Virus record (IMG/VR): IMGVR_UViG_3300042391_001116
Location: 1,309 to 65,308 of that record
Strand: one strand, 5' to 3'
Origin: a virus
Taxonomy: Duplodnaviria > Caudoviricetes
DNA: 64,000 nucleotides
Part shown: positions 28,847-39,328 of the stretch, piece by piece
Layout: each line of letters begins with the position of its first letter
How positions within the stretch are numbered: position 1 is the first letter of the stretch
The notes under the pieces: model-generated
Databases searched by the model: none
Seen by the model: the letters and a program-made list of their open reading frames with translations, nothing else
Told to the model about the DNA's origin: nothing
Made by a program: the position numbers and the translations under genes

Positions 28847-31800
28847 ATACCTCTAGCTAAGCCAGAATAGCTTTTTACAACACGATTCTCCATACCAGCA
28901 GACTTCTGATTATTCGGAAGAACGTTCATATTATATTGCTTAAGCATTTCTTGGAACCACTTATCTTCACCAATAAAGTTATCAACATAAATATTAGTAG
29001 TAGTAACAGAAGAAGATCCACCACCGTTGCTCACAGGAGCATCGTAATTGGGCTTCTTGAAACGCAAATCGTTAAGCATAGACAAAGTAGCCATACCCAC
29101 ATTAGCGACTGACCTAGAATTAATAACATACTCCCCACCGTGAAGAATAGCAGGGACAGGCTGAGAGCCAAACCCTGGAACACTGTAACCACCATTACCA
29201 AATTTGGGAATCTTACCACCGTTATATGCACTAGGAATACCCACTTCACCTGAAAACATAGTCTTAACTTGATTCAAATATTCACTTTCAATTGTGTCAC
29301 GATACGCTCGGTAGGCATTATTGGCTTGGAGCGCCGAATGGCCTTGGATCCTACTTCGGTTTCTAACCTCAACAACATGCCGAGCAGCCTGATCTACAGC
29401 ATCGGCTCTCTCTTGAGTATTGAACAACGCCCAATCTGGATTAGTTTTTTGCGTAGCCTTAAATGCACTCATCAGATCAGACTTAACTTTTGCAATAGTC
29501 TCTAGAGGGTATGGGCTTGGTCCTGGAGCACCAACGACTGCGCCACCAGATCCACCAGGTAATGCATTACCCCAACTCGGCGGAGCATCTACAGGGTTCG
29601 GAGCATTATTACCACTACTATTACCACTCCCAGGCGTATCCCCAGCAGCAACATTTTTCAAATAGATAACAGTTGCCAATTGCTCAACCACCGAAGACAA
29701 CTTGGTTGCTAAACCATCAACTACAGACCCAACACCGCCAACTATTTTAGTAAAGTCTCTCAACAAAGTTGTATTAGCTTCCAAGACAGCCTCAGTAAAA
29801 GTAGCAAACGGATTATTCTCTGTAAAAATTGTTCCAAGAGCAGTCAATGCTGGAGTAACAATATCAGTAGCAATTTTGTTAAAACCTTTAGCCTGGTCAA
29901 ATACATCAGTAACTAACGTACCCATAGCTGCCGTTATCAAAGCATGATCACCTATTTGACCTTCAATACCAGCAATCATTCCGATCGTTGCGCCAATAAT
30001 AGTATTATCAGCAGTTGTTGATAACAAACCATACTTGTTAGAAGCCTCAACAATAAGAGCATCCAAAGAAGTACCAAAAACAGCGACACCCGCGTTAGGA
30101 AGTTTAATGTCAGTTGCCATCTTATTCAACATGCCTTCAAAAATAACGCCATTTGCAGTAGCAATGCCAGTAGCAACAGTATTTAATTGACCAAGTTGAG
30201 TTTCATATTCCTCAATGGTCTGAGGAGGAAACTTTGTTATTACCGCAGCAGCGTCTTTAAATTTTTGAATTTGATCATCAAAAAATTTATCTGCTTCCTC
30301 TTTCGCTTTACTAATCTGCTCCTTCAATGCCTCAAAATTTTCTTGAACAAGATCTTTTGTTCTAGCGTCATCAACTTTACCCAAATCCAGTGTGAAATCA
30401 AGCCCGGACTTCCTATCCTCAAGAGCAAGAACTCTGGCATCATCAATACGACCTTCATAAATAGCGAGAGCACGATTCCTAACATAATTAGCAACCTGCA
30501 ATTGTCTTTCATCAATAATCTTGCGTCGCTCAGCCTGATATTCTTTTTCTTTAGTTAAAGACTCTTCTGCCTTAGCAAGTTTATTAAGAGTTTCAATTTG
30601 AACATCATAAACATGCAAAGCAGCATCTTTCTGCTTTTCAAGAGCATCAGTCATATCTTCAACAACTTTAGACACCGTTTCAGAAACTGCATCCAACACT
30701 AAATCAACAAACTTTTGCCTCAAATCAGTCAACATCTCAAGAAGTTCACCCTCTGCTTCGTTAATAATTTTTCCTAGACCACCAGCAGGAGGATCATTGA
30801 AAACATCTTCATACGCCTTAGCAGCATCCTCAGCACCATCAACTAAACTATCACTACCCGAATCAATCAACGCTGTAGTGCTTTCAACTATCCTCTCAAA
30901 AACACCTTCAGCAAGAGTTCCTATTCTAGTTAAAACACCTTTTGCTGCATCACCAAGACCGCCAGCAATACCAGCTATTTTGTCAGTAATACTAGAAACA
31001 ACTTTTCCAATACCACTAAAAGTTGCATCTAAAGCGTTAGCACTAGCCTCAATAGCGCCAAGAAGCATGCTTCTTATCTGCTTAAGACCAGGTATATGCC
31101 TCATAAAATCAGTAATAGTGCTAATCATCGTATGGAATTTCATAATAATCCACTTAATAGCAGCACCCATAAGATTTGTCATACCCTTAGCAAGTTCGCC
31201 AACAATCTTTAAAACATGTTTATAAAGAAAAACCATAGTATCAATCCACATTGATACTATTTTTATTATTAATTTAACAGCGACACCAGCAAACAAAACA
31301 ATGCCCTGAAGAATTTGGAAAAGACCCTTCTTCCAGTCGCCTTTAAATATGTTGATAAAACCTTTAACAATTTTCACTATAGCGCGAACCTGATTCACAG
31401 CGCCAACAAGCAGGAAATTCAAAGCAGGAATAATGTATTTATCAAAAAAGGCTTTAACAGATTTAGCAACACCTTTAATTTTTGCACCCATACCCTCAAA
31501 CTGTTTTTGTGTACCGACAGAACCAGTCATTAAATTCATAAAAGTTGCTATTAAATTTTTAAATGGTTTAATAACAGACCCAACTATCTGACCAAGTATA
31601 TGAAAAGTTTCCCTAAAAGTTTTTTTGGTTGCTTCGCTCTTAGACCCAAGACTCTTAAAACTATTTATAAGAGTAAGAATTACAGCAACAGCAGCGAAAA
31701 TAACTCCAACAATACCCATACTCATCATAACTATTTTTACCATCTTCATCACGTTCATAGATGCAAATAAAGACTTTGTGAAAGCAAAAACAGCCGTTTT

Positions 31801-34800
31801 TGCCATCATAAAAACGCTTGAAAAGTTATAAGCCTTCTGCTGAGCTGCCATAGCAGCCATAGATAGTCTTGTTTTATTAATTGCAGTTTTGAAAGCAGTT
31901 ATACCCATAATACTTTTCAAAAAACTTATTTGTTTAAATACTAACATTTTAAGTTTTAACTGAAGCCCTGAAGTTCCAATCGTTGAAGCAGTAAAAAAGT
32001 TGGACATCTGAGCATATCTGGCTTTAATTGAAGCACCAAGTACTTTGAAAGAAGCTATAGGATTTTTTACGAATGACTGTATTGCTGTAGAAATTTTACC
32101 AGTTTTAATAACAGCAATTAATTTATTAATTCCAGATTTTGCAACACCAACAGTTCTTGCATAACCATTGGCTATCATTGTCTTCATATTATTAAAGCCA
32201 GCTTTTATGGATGGGAGGGGTGTTTGCATTACCCCAGAAAAACCGCTAAAAAGATTTGTCATTGAAGTCATAGTGCCAGTAAAAGCATTCCCTACATGCT
32301 TCATACCACTAACAGCAGCATTTTTAATGCCTTTCATCCCGCTAATCAATTTACCTTTCAAAGCAGTAACTGTAGGAGTGACTCTCAACTTTGCTTTCTG
32401 CAAAGCACCAATAACTCCACCGTTAGCAATCCTCATCTCCTGTTTAGGAGTCAAATCAACAAGCCTAGAATAATCAGGCTTACCAATAGCACTAGTCAAT
32501 GGATTTTTCTTCAAAGATGCCATACGATACTGGGCTTGAGCAATAGGAGCACCTGGGGTGCTACCAGCACCAGCAATATAACTCAATTTCTGTTTTGTAC
32601 CCCTAACAAACCTTCTGTCAACAGCAGCCCTTTCTGCTCTACGCTGTGCCCTCTCACTGGCACCAATTGCAGGTGCAGTTCTAGGCATAAGATCAACAAC
32701 TTCATCAGACAAACCAAGACGAGCACCACGATGCATAGCACCGATAGTTCGCGCTCTCGCTGTAGCAAGCTGCTTTGGAGTCATTGGAAGAAGAGCTCCC
32801 TGCCCCCGATTTGGAACAAAAGGTTTCATTTTTCCAGTTTTAGTAAAAGAACCACCCATGTTCTTATGCCTATCAAACATTCTTTGACCAACCGCCCCCA
32901 CTGGAGCGTTAGTAACAGGGGCAGGAGGCCCCTGCAAACGGCTACCCTGACGAAGTATACTCACAACATTACCGCCAGCGACTGCCCCACTAGCACCAGA
33001 AACACTACTAAGAGCTTTAGTCGCAGCTTCTGCCTCAGCAGAAGCAGTGGACACCTTCTGTAAAGCGCCCGTCAATATACCAAACCTATTAGCCATTATG
33101 CCGACAGGACCACGCATTGAAGCAAGTCTCGCTATAAACATCTGCGAACGTGTAGCAGCAGTCTGGAACGAAGACCCCACCATTACCACAGGTTTTGTTA
33201 AACGCATTAAAGCAGGATTCATTGCCAAAACTTGAGCATTCAACATTGAAACCGAAGGCAGAAGTTTAAAAAAGGCTCCCATCAAAGTTCCAACAGCAAC
33301 TTTAGCCAGATTGAAAGCATAGATTAAAGGACCCAGAGCAGCAATACCAGCAATAATTACAGCGATCGCAGTTTTTGTACCACCACTCATATTACGAAAT
33401 GCATTAGCAAGACTATACATTGCTTTATCAATGAATTGAATAACTGGTTTAAAACCTTTAATTAATTCGGAAGCAATTAATTGAAAATTGACTCTAATTC
33501 TTGAAGTAGATGCGCTAACGGACTTCAATGCAATGTCAACTTCCTGTTCGGCTAATTTAGCAGCATCTTCAACTCCAACAAGTTGAGCAACCATGACTCT
33601 ACCAACCTGACTTCGCACACCGACAATTAAGTCTTCACCAGCAGCTCTTCTGTCTAAAACTAATTCACCTACAGCAGCTCTCATCTGGGCAGCATTATCA
33701 ACATCCGCCTGAGTAATAGTTTTTACCACAGTCTTACCGTCTTCAATTAATTCAATAACATTTTTAGAAAGATCATCACTAATATGCATGCTTGAAATTC
33801 TTGCAAGGTTACCAAAATCACTATAACTTTTAAGCAGAGGGGCTGCTGAACCTTCTTTACGTAACTTATTAGCAGCATCCACCATATCTTTTAAAGATTT
33901 ATCAACAACAAGACCATTTTCTGAAATTCTTGTCAACTCAGTATTGAACTCAGCAATGTCAGCAATAGACTCCGCCATACGAGGCCCTTGCCTAAGCACA
34001 AATAGTTGAGTCATAAACTCCATCGCGCCTTCAACACCAGCGCCTGATTCTCTGACTTTCGTAAAAGCCTGTGACAAATAGTCAAGAGAGTTAATACCAA
34101 TACTGGCAGCTTGCTTAAAATCAAATCCCATAACCTTAGTAAGTTCTTCATACATTGTCTTACTTTCCTCAGTTGGATCGGTCAATCTTTGCAAAGAAAC
34201 TTTAATAGCGTTAGCAGAAGAAGCAGTATCAAAACCAGCAGCCTTCATAGGTGCCAGCAACCCCATTGCTTCAGACATTGAAAGACCAAACTGTGTAGCA
34301 GCAGCACCAGCCTCAGGTAAGGCTTTAGCAATATCATTTAATGATAAAACAGTAGTGTTTTCAATCAAGTTGAATCTAGCAAGAGTTCCATTAACAATAT
34401 TTAAAGCAGAAGTCTCTCTTTGAACAGCATCTTTCACATCATCATGCGCCCTAGCATTATTATCTAGAGCCTTGGTTGCCTGGAAATAAATAGTTTGTAT
34501 TAAATCTTTTGATTGAGCTATATCTACATCTCCGAGCTGTTCCGCCATTAAAACAGATTCCGTTAAAGAACTAAGAGCCTCTTTTGAAGACAAACCCAAC
34601 TGAGCAAAGTCAACACCTAAACTGATAACTAAAGACTTGTTATCACCAAATTTTTGTGCCAAAGAAGTAAAAGCATCCTCCATAGATTTAAATCTTTCAA
34701 CCTGCTCTTCAGCCTGTTTCTTTTGCAAGGGGTCGGCATTCGCCAAACGCTCCATAGCATTTTTACCACTAACGCTCATCTTAATAAAGGCACGATCAGC

Positions 34801-35367
34801 CGTCATTGAAGCGTTTTCAAGAAGTTTATCAAGTTTAGTAAGTTCTTTGTCAACAGCAGCAAAACTACCTAAAGCTATCCGCCCAAAAGCCAATATGGGT
34901 AGCGTCAAACCAGTCATCAACTGCCTGCCAGTCCACTGAGCATTCTTTCCAGTCAAAACCATTTGAGAAGAAAGAGATTTTAAATCAGAAACTAAAACTT
35001 TTGCTTTAACACTTTTTAATGTTGAAGAATAAGACTTTAAACCGCTAATCATCTTCTGACTTGTTACACCGACAGATGCTTGATTCCTTGTAAGCATCTT
35101 CATGTCTGAAGTAGTTCTTCTCATCTCGTTACCGAGAGCAGACTGGTTTTGTACAAGTTCCTTAAGAGACTTAGCATGCTTTTGGGATCCAGCAATCCCA
35201 CCACCCAACGCTTGATTCAAGCCTTTTTGAGTAGCATCAAGACGACTGGCACCAGCAGTTGCGCCCTGCATCGTAGCATTGATATTTCTAAGACCAGCAC
35301 TCAACGCATGTAGTTGATTAATGCCGTTAACTTGGAGGTTGATAATTATGTCATTAGGGTTAGTCAT
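28843..35367 (-). CDS. tape measure protein (~2170 aa)
   Basis: Long Ala/Gly-rich helical ORF after the tail chaperones; C-terminal AILHGGEYVIN. Confidence 0.93.
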   Translation of the reverse strand: MTNPNDIIINLQVNGINQLHALSAGLRNINATMQGATAGASRLDATQKGLNQALGGGIAGSQKHAKSLKELVQNQSALGNEMRRTTSDMKMLTRNQASVGVTSQKMISGLKSYSSTLKSVKAKVLVSDLKSLSSQMVLTGKNAQWTGRQLMTGLTLPILAFGRIALGSFAAVDKELTKLDKLLENASMTADRAFIKMSVSGKNAMERLANADPLQKKQAEEQVERFKSMEDAFTSLAQKFGDNKSLVISLGVDFAQLGLSSKEALSSLTESVLMAEQLGDVDIAQSKDLIQTIYFQATKALDNNARAHDDVKDAVQRETSALNIVNGTLARFNLIENTTVLSLNDIAKALPEAGAAATQFGLSMSEAMGLLAPMKAAGFDTASSANAIKVSLQRLTDPTEESKTMYEELTKVMGFDFKQAASIGINSLDYLSQAFTKVRESGAGVEGAMEFMTQLFVLRQGPRMAESIADIAEFNTELTRISENGLVVDKSLKDMVDAANKLRKEGSAAPLLKSYSDFGNLARISSMHISDDLSKNVIELIEDGKTVVKTITQADVDNAAQMRAAVGELVLDRRAAGEDLIVGVRSQVGRVMVAQLVGVEDAAKLAEQEVDIALKSVSASTSRIRVNFQLIASELIKGFKPVIQFIDKAMYSLANAFRNMSGGTKTAIAVIIAGIAALGPLIYAFNLAKVAVGTLMGAFFKLLPSVSMLNAQVLAMNPALMRLTKPVVMVGSSFQTAATRSQMFIARLASMRGPVGIMANRFGILTGALQKVSTASAEAEAATKALSSVSGASGAVAGGNVVSILRQGSRLQGPPAPVTNAPVGAVGQRMFDRHKNMGGSFTKTGKMKPFVPNRGQGALLPMTPKQLATARARTIGAMHRGARLGLSDEVVDLMPRTAPAIGASERAQRRAERAAVDRRFVRGTKQKLSYIAGAGSTPGAPIAQAQYRMASLKKNPLTSAIGKPDYSRLVDLTPKQEMRIANGGVIGALQKAKLRVTPTVTALKGKLISGMKGIKNAAVSGMKHVGNAFTGTMTSMTNLFSGFSGVMQTPLPSIKAGFNNMKTMIANGYARTVGVAKSGINKLIAVIKTGKISTAIQSFVKNPIASFKVLGASIKARYAQMSNFFTASTIGTSGLQLKLKMLVFKQISFLKSIMGITAFKTAINKTRLSMAAMAAQQKAYNFSSVFMMAKTAVFAFTKSLFASMNVMKMVKIVMMSMGIVGVIFAAVAVILTLINSFKSLGSKSEATKKTFRETFHILGQIVGSVIKPFKNLIATFMNLMTGSVGTQKQFEGMGAKIKGVAKSVKAFFDKYIIPALNFLLVGAVNQVRAIVKIVKGFINIFKGDWKKGLFQILQGIVLFAGVAVKLIIKIVSMWIDTMVFLYKHVLKIVGELAKGMTNLMGAAIKWIIMKFHTMISTITDFMRHIPGLKQIRSMLLGAIEASANALDATFSGIGKVVSSITDKIAGIAGGLGDAAKGVLTRIGTLAEGVFERIVESTTALIDSGSDSLVDGAEDAAKAYEDVFNDPPAGGLGKIINEAEGELLEMLTDLRQKFVDLVLDAVSETVSKVVEDMTDALEKQKDAALHVYDVQIETLNKLAKAEESLTKEKEYQAERRKIIDERQLQVANYVRNRALAIYEGRIDDARVLALEDRKSGLDFTLDLGKVDDARTKDLVQENFEALKEQISKAKEEADKFFDDQIQKFKDAAAVITKFPPQTIEEYETQLGQLNTVATGIATANGVIFEGMLNKMATDIKLPNAGVAVFGTSLDALIVEASNKYGLLSTTADNTIIGATIGMIAGIEGQIGDHALITAAMGTLVTDVFDQAKGFNKIATDIVTPALTALGTIFTENNPFATFTEAVLEANTTLLRDFTKIVGGVGSVVDGLATKLSSVVEQLATVIYLKNVAAGDTPGSGNSSGNNAPNPVDAPPSWGNALPGGSGGAVVGAPGPSPYPLETIAKVKSDLMSAFKATQKTNPDWALFNTQERADAVDQAARHVVEVRNRSRIQGHSALQANNAYRAYRDTIESEYLNQVKTMFSGEVGIPSAYNGGKIPKFGNGGYSVPGFGSQPVPAILHGGEYVINSRSVANVGMATLSMLNDLRFKKPNYDAPVSNGGGSSSVTTTNIYVDNFIGEDKWFQEMLKQYNMNVLPNNQKSAGMENRVVKSYSGLARGM

Positions 35368-35416
35368 GTATAATACCAACTATAATTATGTCATTAAAAC
35401 AACATAAAAGCAAAAC

Positions 35417-36039
35417 TTATCCTTCATAGCCAAGACCAATCGGAAGGAATCTAAAGTCCGAAGCAGCAAGAGTTTTTGGAGGCTCTATCGGAGCTGGATC
35501 ATACCAATCATCATCAAAGTCAACCTCTCCACCCCAAGCCATAGAACTAATTTTGATTTGTTTAGTGAACTCGTTACTGCAAGCTCTATATAAAATAAAA
35601 AGTTCTTCCAGAGTTATACTTTCTTCTAACTCTAGAATACTTTTCCATGCACCTGTCTGCACAAAAACTTCTGCTTCATATTTCAGTAAAGGCAACTCAT
35701 CCCAAGGGATAGCCTCGGCATCATCACCTTTACTGCTTATGAGTTTGGGTCGTTACCCATAGCAGCAGTCATAAGGTCACCGTATGAACGCAAGTCCAAA
35801 ATGTCCTCTAAAGCTTCTGCATCAGCAGCTAGTTCTGGATCTGTTGCCATCAAAGCAATAGAAGCAGATTCAACCATACGATCAATATCTTCATCAGACA
35901 TTTGACCATCTTCACCAGGCTTCATGTTGTTTGCAACTTTCATAAATTTTCTTAGTTGACGAATTGTCAAAGGCTTGATAATTCTCTTCTTGCCATCAGC
36001 AAAAAGAATCTCAGCGCCATTACGTATATCTTTGTTCAA
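35417..36039 (-). CDS. tail assembly chaperone, extended form via -1 frameshift
   Basis: Zero frame GAC CCA AAC TCA TAA; -1 frame CCC AAA CTC ATA AGC... is open into ORF 35417-35695. Confidence 0.85.
35737..36039 (-). CDS. tail assembly chaperone (short form)
   Basis: Between tail tube and tape measure genes; IKPLTIRQLRKF. Confidence 0.85.
   Translation of the reverse strand: MNKDIRNGAEILFADGKKRIIKPLTIRQLRKFMKVANNMKPGEDGQMSDEDIDRMVESASIALMATDPELAADAEALEDILDLRSYGDLMTAAMGNDPNS
35743..35749 (-). other. programmed -1 frameshift slippery heptamer CCCAAAC
   Basis: X XXY YYZ pattern in register, two codons before the stop. Confidence 0.82.
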
Positions 36040-36067
36040 AATAAACTCCTTGTTGTAAAAGGCAAAA

Positions 36068-36097
36068 GCCTCAAGTATATTTTACCACACTTGAGGC
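36068..36097 (-). terminator. intrinsic terminator after tail tube gene with extended -10 (TGGTAAAAT) in its loop
   Basis: GCCTCAAGT/ACTTGAGGC stem followed by TTTTGCCTTTT on the minus strand. Confidence 0.65.
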
Positions 36098-36123
36098 CGT
36101 TGCTTTCTAAAAATTTAATTATT

Positions 36124-36714
36124 TCACGTTTGGTCAATAATTTTGCCGTATTCATATCCTACGTCAGAACTAACAGGAAGAATTCTAAAAGAAACAGCAA
36201 AAACTGTTGCCTCTGCTCTCTTCATGCTAATTGTTGACGATTCCATTGAAATGGCTCGCTTAGTGTTAAACTTACGTGTCTTAGTGGTTGCAGCATCTGA
36301 ACCGACAGCGTTTCCAAGAATCTGGATAGCCTTTTCGTAAGGATACACGTTCTGAACACCGAACAAGAATGTCTTAGTGTTAGCACCGTCATTGTTAGAA
36401 ATAACGTCTGCTCCACCAGCAGCATTGTCGTAGCTCCATGCTAGAGCAAGGTTGTTCAAAGTAGCTTCAGCAAGAGTCGTCTTGACCATTACCTTAACCT
36501 TTGACTGAATAACCTTAGCAGCATCTCCGTACTGATCAACTTCAATGTCAACCATATCTGGTTCCCATGAAATTTCAACTCCACCTTGAGTACCGCCAAC
36601 CGAAGTTAGCGAATCAAAGTCGCTGTTTGTCATTGTGGTGTTTGACGCACCAATTTTTACTTCTGCTTCACCAACAACAATGTTGGCCGTAGTAACTGTA
36701 TTTGCACCGGGCAT
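36124..36714 (-). CDS. major tail (tube) protein
   Basis: NIVVGEAEV, VGGTQGGVEISWEPD, siphovirus tube position. Confidence 0.85.
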   Translation of the reverse strand: MPGANTVTTANIVVGEAEVKIGASNTTMTNSDFDSLTSVGGTQGGVEISWEPDMVDIEVDQYGDAAKVIQSKVKVMVKTTLAEATLNNLALAWSYDNAAGGADVISNNDGANTKTFLFGVQNVYPYEKAIQILGNAVGSDAATTKTRKFNTKRAISMESSTISMKRAEATVFAVSFRILPVSSDVGYEYGKIIDQT

Positions 36715-36725
36715 ATTACTTCCTC

Positions 36726-36920
36726 CTATTCACAGACAAAAATTCTTTTGCCTCGTTTGTCTCGCCATTTGGCAATCTTTTGGGCATGTTCGGGTTTAAC
36801 AGAACCTGTTTTCCGACCAATACCTAAACCTTTGTTCCATTCAAACTCATATATTCTAGAATCAACTTTCGCTATGTAGCCAGAATTTTTCCCGATATAT
36901 GTGATTGTAACGTAGTCCAT
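36726..36920 (-). CDS. small hypothetical virion-associated protein
   Basis: Start MDYVTITYIGKNSGY, 6 nt after TGGTATGAT. Confidence 0.6.
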   Translation of the reverse strand: MDYVTITYIGKNSGYIAKVDSRIYEFEWNKGLGIGRKTGSVKPEHAQKIAKWRDKRGKRIFVCE

Positions 36921-36937
36921 TCCTATATCATACCATA

Positions 36938-37357
36938 TTATCTTTTCACATGATGAATAACAAATTCCAAAGTCATTTGGTACCATCCATCCCTTTCAGC
37001 AGGGGCTTCTAAAGATGTATCAGTAAGTTCTGTAGAAAGAATCCTACAATTTGTACCTGCTACACCATTAGACTGGGATATCTGATCGCCTTTACCAAGC
37101 AACTCAATAATTCTTTCCCCCAGATTCAATACCCTGTCCACATCTGTGTCGTAAATAGAATACAGGACAGAATCTCTCCGATACCAAAATGACTCAACAT
37201 CTGGTATAACTGGAGTATAGTAATAAACTATAAATGGCGGACTAGCATTCCCATAACCAATTGTTGGGAATATGTCAATTGTACTACCAGCAATAGAAGT
37301 AATAGTTGCATCATTCTTAATAAAAGAGTTAATATCGTAAACACTAATGACTGCCAT
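36938..37357 (-). CDS. tail terminator-like protein
   Basis: Synteny and size. Confidence 0.6.
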   Translation of the reverse strand: MAVISVYDINSFIKNDATITSIAGSTIDIFPTIGYGNASPPFIVYYYTPVIPDVESFWYRRDSVLYSIYDTDVDRVLNLGERIIELLGKGDQISQSNGVAGTNCRILSTELTDTSLEAPAERDGWYQMTLEFVIHHVKR

Positions 37358-37359
37358 GA

Positions 37360-37938
37360 TTACACCAATTTAATCCTAGAATAAGACTTTGTAAGTTCTT
37401 CAATAAGAATCTTTTTTGCCTTAGCCTGTATAGTAATTCTAGGCATGCCAGATTTAGCACTAAAATGAAAAGGATTAAGCTGAGGAATTCTTAATGGGCC
37501 AAGAAGTTTTTGACCTTTCTTCCATCGACCGCTAGTATGGGAAATCATATAACGACTTGTAGTTGCCCCTCGCTGAGGAAGTCTCTTCTTTATTGTAAAA
37601 GCCCTACGCCCAATTTTACCTGACTCTGCCTTCATAAAAATACTAGTAGCAATCGCCCCATTGAAAGCTCTTTTAAAACCACCAGCTGAACGAAAACCAC
37701 CACGACCCATCTCTGCTTTAATTTTAAGTCTTGCACCAGCCTTGCCATACTTTTCAACATAAACTTCAATAAAACGACCAGGCTTGCCTCTTTTTCTTAT
37801 ATTATATAAAACATAACCACCAGCACGCATTGTTGCTTTGTCATTAATAGAAGCAATTTTATTTGGCATAGTAATAATTTTTTTCTCTAATCTAGCAATA
37901 TTAGTAAAAGTAGTTGTAGGAATTTGTACACTAATCAT
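37360..37938 (-). CDS. basic neck/tail completion protein
   Basis: Synteny between stopper and terminator. Confidence 0.55.
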   Translation of the reverse strand: MISVQIPTTTFTNIARLEKKIITMPNKIASINDKATMRAGGYVLYNIRKRGKPGRFIEVYVEKYGKAGARLKIKAEMGRGGFRSAGGFKRAFNGAIATSIFMKAESGKIGRRAFTIKKRLPQRGATTSRYMISHTSGRWKKGQKLLGPLRIPQLNPFHFSAKSGMPRITIQAKAKKILIEELTKSYSRIKLV

Positions 37939-38305
37939 TTTCCACAACCTTCTTAGCGCCAATAGTTATATGATGCACTTTACCACTAAACTGCATTTTC
38001 TTTTGAATCGCTATTATTTCAAAATATGATTCATCAATTATATTATTATATCTATCTTTTAAATCTTTTAATCTAATTGAATAAGATATTTTATCAAGAT
38101 ATTGTTTTGGCACAAATAAATCCATTTGCTCAAAGTTAGCAACATAAGGGTTATTCAAACTTTCAGATGAAGACTGCTGGGCAAAAACAGGGATAGTTTC
38201 AGAGAACTCAAAAGTAACAGATCTTTGACCAGCAGCGTTTATTTGAGTAGTTTTGCTGTAGATGTCAATTTTATGATGAAATTTTAAAAAAGTACCATAA
38301 GCCAT
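37931..38305 (-). CDS. head-to-tail stopper
   Basis: 124-aa beta-rich protein; synteny. Confidence 0.6.
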   Translation of the reverse strand: MAYGTFLKFHHKIDIYSKTTQINAAGQRSVTFEFSETIPVFAQQSSSESLNNPYVANFEQMDLFVPKQYLDKISYSIRLKDLKDRYNNIIDESYFEIIAIQKKMQFSGKVHHITIGAKKVVEND

Positions 38306-39231
38306 CAGACAATATAATCCATAATAAATAACATATAATCCATCAAAAGAACATCTGCTTCAATATTGCCTGTGCTCTCATAGAAGTTAGGACTCATAGT
38401 GAAAGATGTAGTATCCATACTGATACTAGAAATACCATGCCTTCTGTACTCAGAGTCATCATTCATAAGATCATTAATCAATAATTCAGCAGCCTGCTGG
38501 ACATTTAATGGAACATACTTCCAACCAAAATCACCCTCAACTTTATAATCAGAACTATCTTTAAACTTAACACCCATAATTCTAGACATATTAGTTTGAA
38601 TAACACTAGGTTTAAAACGAATATAATATGAAGAATTAAAATTGCCAGATTGACGAACTTTCTCTAAGTTGAGCAAACCAGAATTTGAATAATCGTGAAT
38701 AACCTCTGCATCTACATCTCCATAGTTAAAAGTAACCTTTTTTAATTCAGAAATAGGCAAAGGCAAATGAAGATTTTTATGATTATTACCATCAACAATA
38801 AAAGACTTATCAGGGAAATGCTCAAAGCTTTGACCACAATAAGTATTAATAATATTTCTTACTTTAAGTTCATAAGAATCAAAAACATCCTCAAAAGTAT
38901 CAATCAAATCAGGATGAGAATCAAAGAACGTATCCGAATCTAGGTATGGTGTGTAAACATTAATATACTGAGATTGAGTATACGTTTGCCCAGACATTGC
39001 GTAAGTAAACTGAACATCGTGAATACCAGCAGAGTTAAGTCTATATATACCGCTATTTTGCTGACCTAGAGTCACAGTGTAAACCCCGGCGCTAGTGCGA
39101 GTAGCTGCTACGTTTGAAACAACAGAATCACCAAAATCGTGATTAACATTTACGGTAACAACATTAGACGTTGGATCAGATGGAAGTGTAAGAGTTAAAG
39201 TTTTACTTGTATTTATTTTTACATTATCCAT
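38305..39231 (-). CDS. head-to-tail adaptor with N-terminal Ig-like domain
   Basis: IINTYCGQSF...GDFGWKYVPLNVQQAAELLI. Confidence 0.7.
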   Translation of the reverse strand: MDNVKINTSKTLTLTLPSDPTSNVVTVNVNHDFGDSVVSNVAATRTSAGVYTVTLGQQNSGIYRLNSAGIHDVQFTYAMSGQTYTQSQYINVYTPYLDSDTFFDSHPDLIDTFEDVFDSYELKVRNIINTYCGQSFEHFPDKSFIVDGNNHKNLHLPLPISELKKVTFNYGDVDAEVIHDYSNSGLLNLEKVRQSGNFNSSYYIRFKPSVIQTNMSRIMGVKFKDSSDYKVEGDFGWKYVPLNVQQAAELLINDLMNDDSEYRRHGISSISMDTTSFTMSPNFYESTGNIEADVLLMDYMLFIMDYIV

Positions 39232-39238
39232 TTAAACC

Positions 39239-39328
39239 TCAACAGTCACATTCTTCGCATCCACAATCGCAGTGCTCAATGCAATCACATCCGCAATCAC
39301 ATGTCTTATTTCTAAGTTCAGCATCCAT
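39239..39328 (-). CDS. metallothionein-like Cys-rich peptide (29 aa)
   Basis: Manual: MDAELRNKTCDCGCDCIEHCDCGCEECDC; ATG overlaps the endolysin stop (TAATG). Confidence 0.72.
   Translation of the reverse strand: MDAELRNKTCDCGCDCIEHCDCGCEECDC

Noticed and set aside
32296-33063. 255-aa plus-strand ORF and other antisense ORFs in tape measure, fibre and capsid genes
   Set aside because: Shadows of T-ending codon usage; no recognisable motifs.
39232-39324. 30-codon ORF MLNLEIRHVIADVIAL..., in frame with the endolysin
   Set aside because: TGT/TGC variation is synonymous only in the Cys frame, and the Cys frame has the TAATG coupling. Kept only as a caveat.
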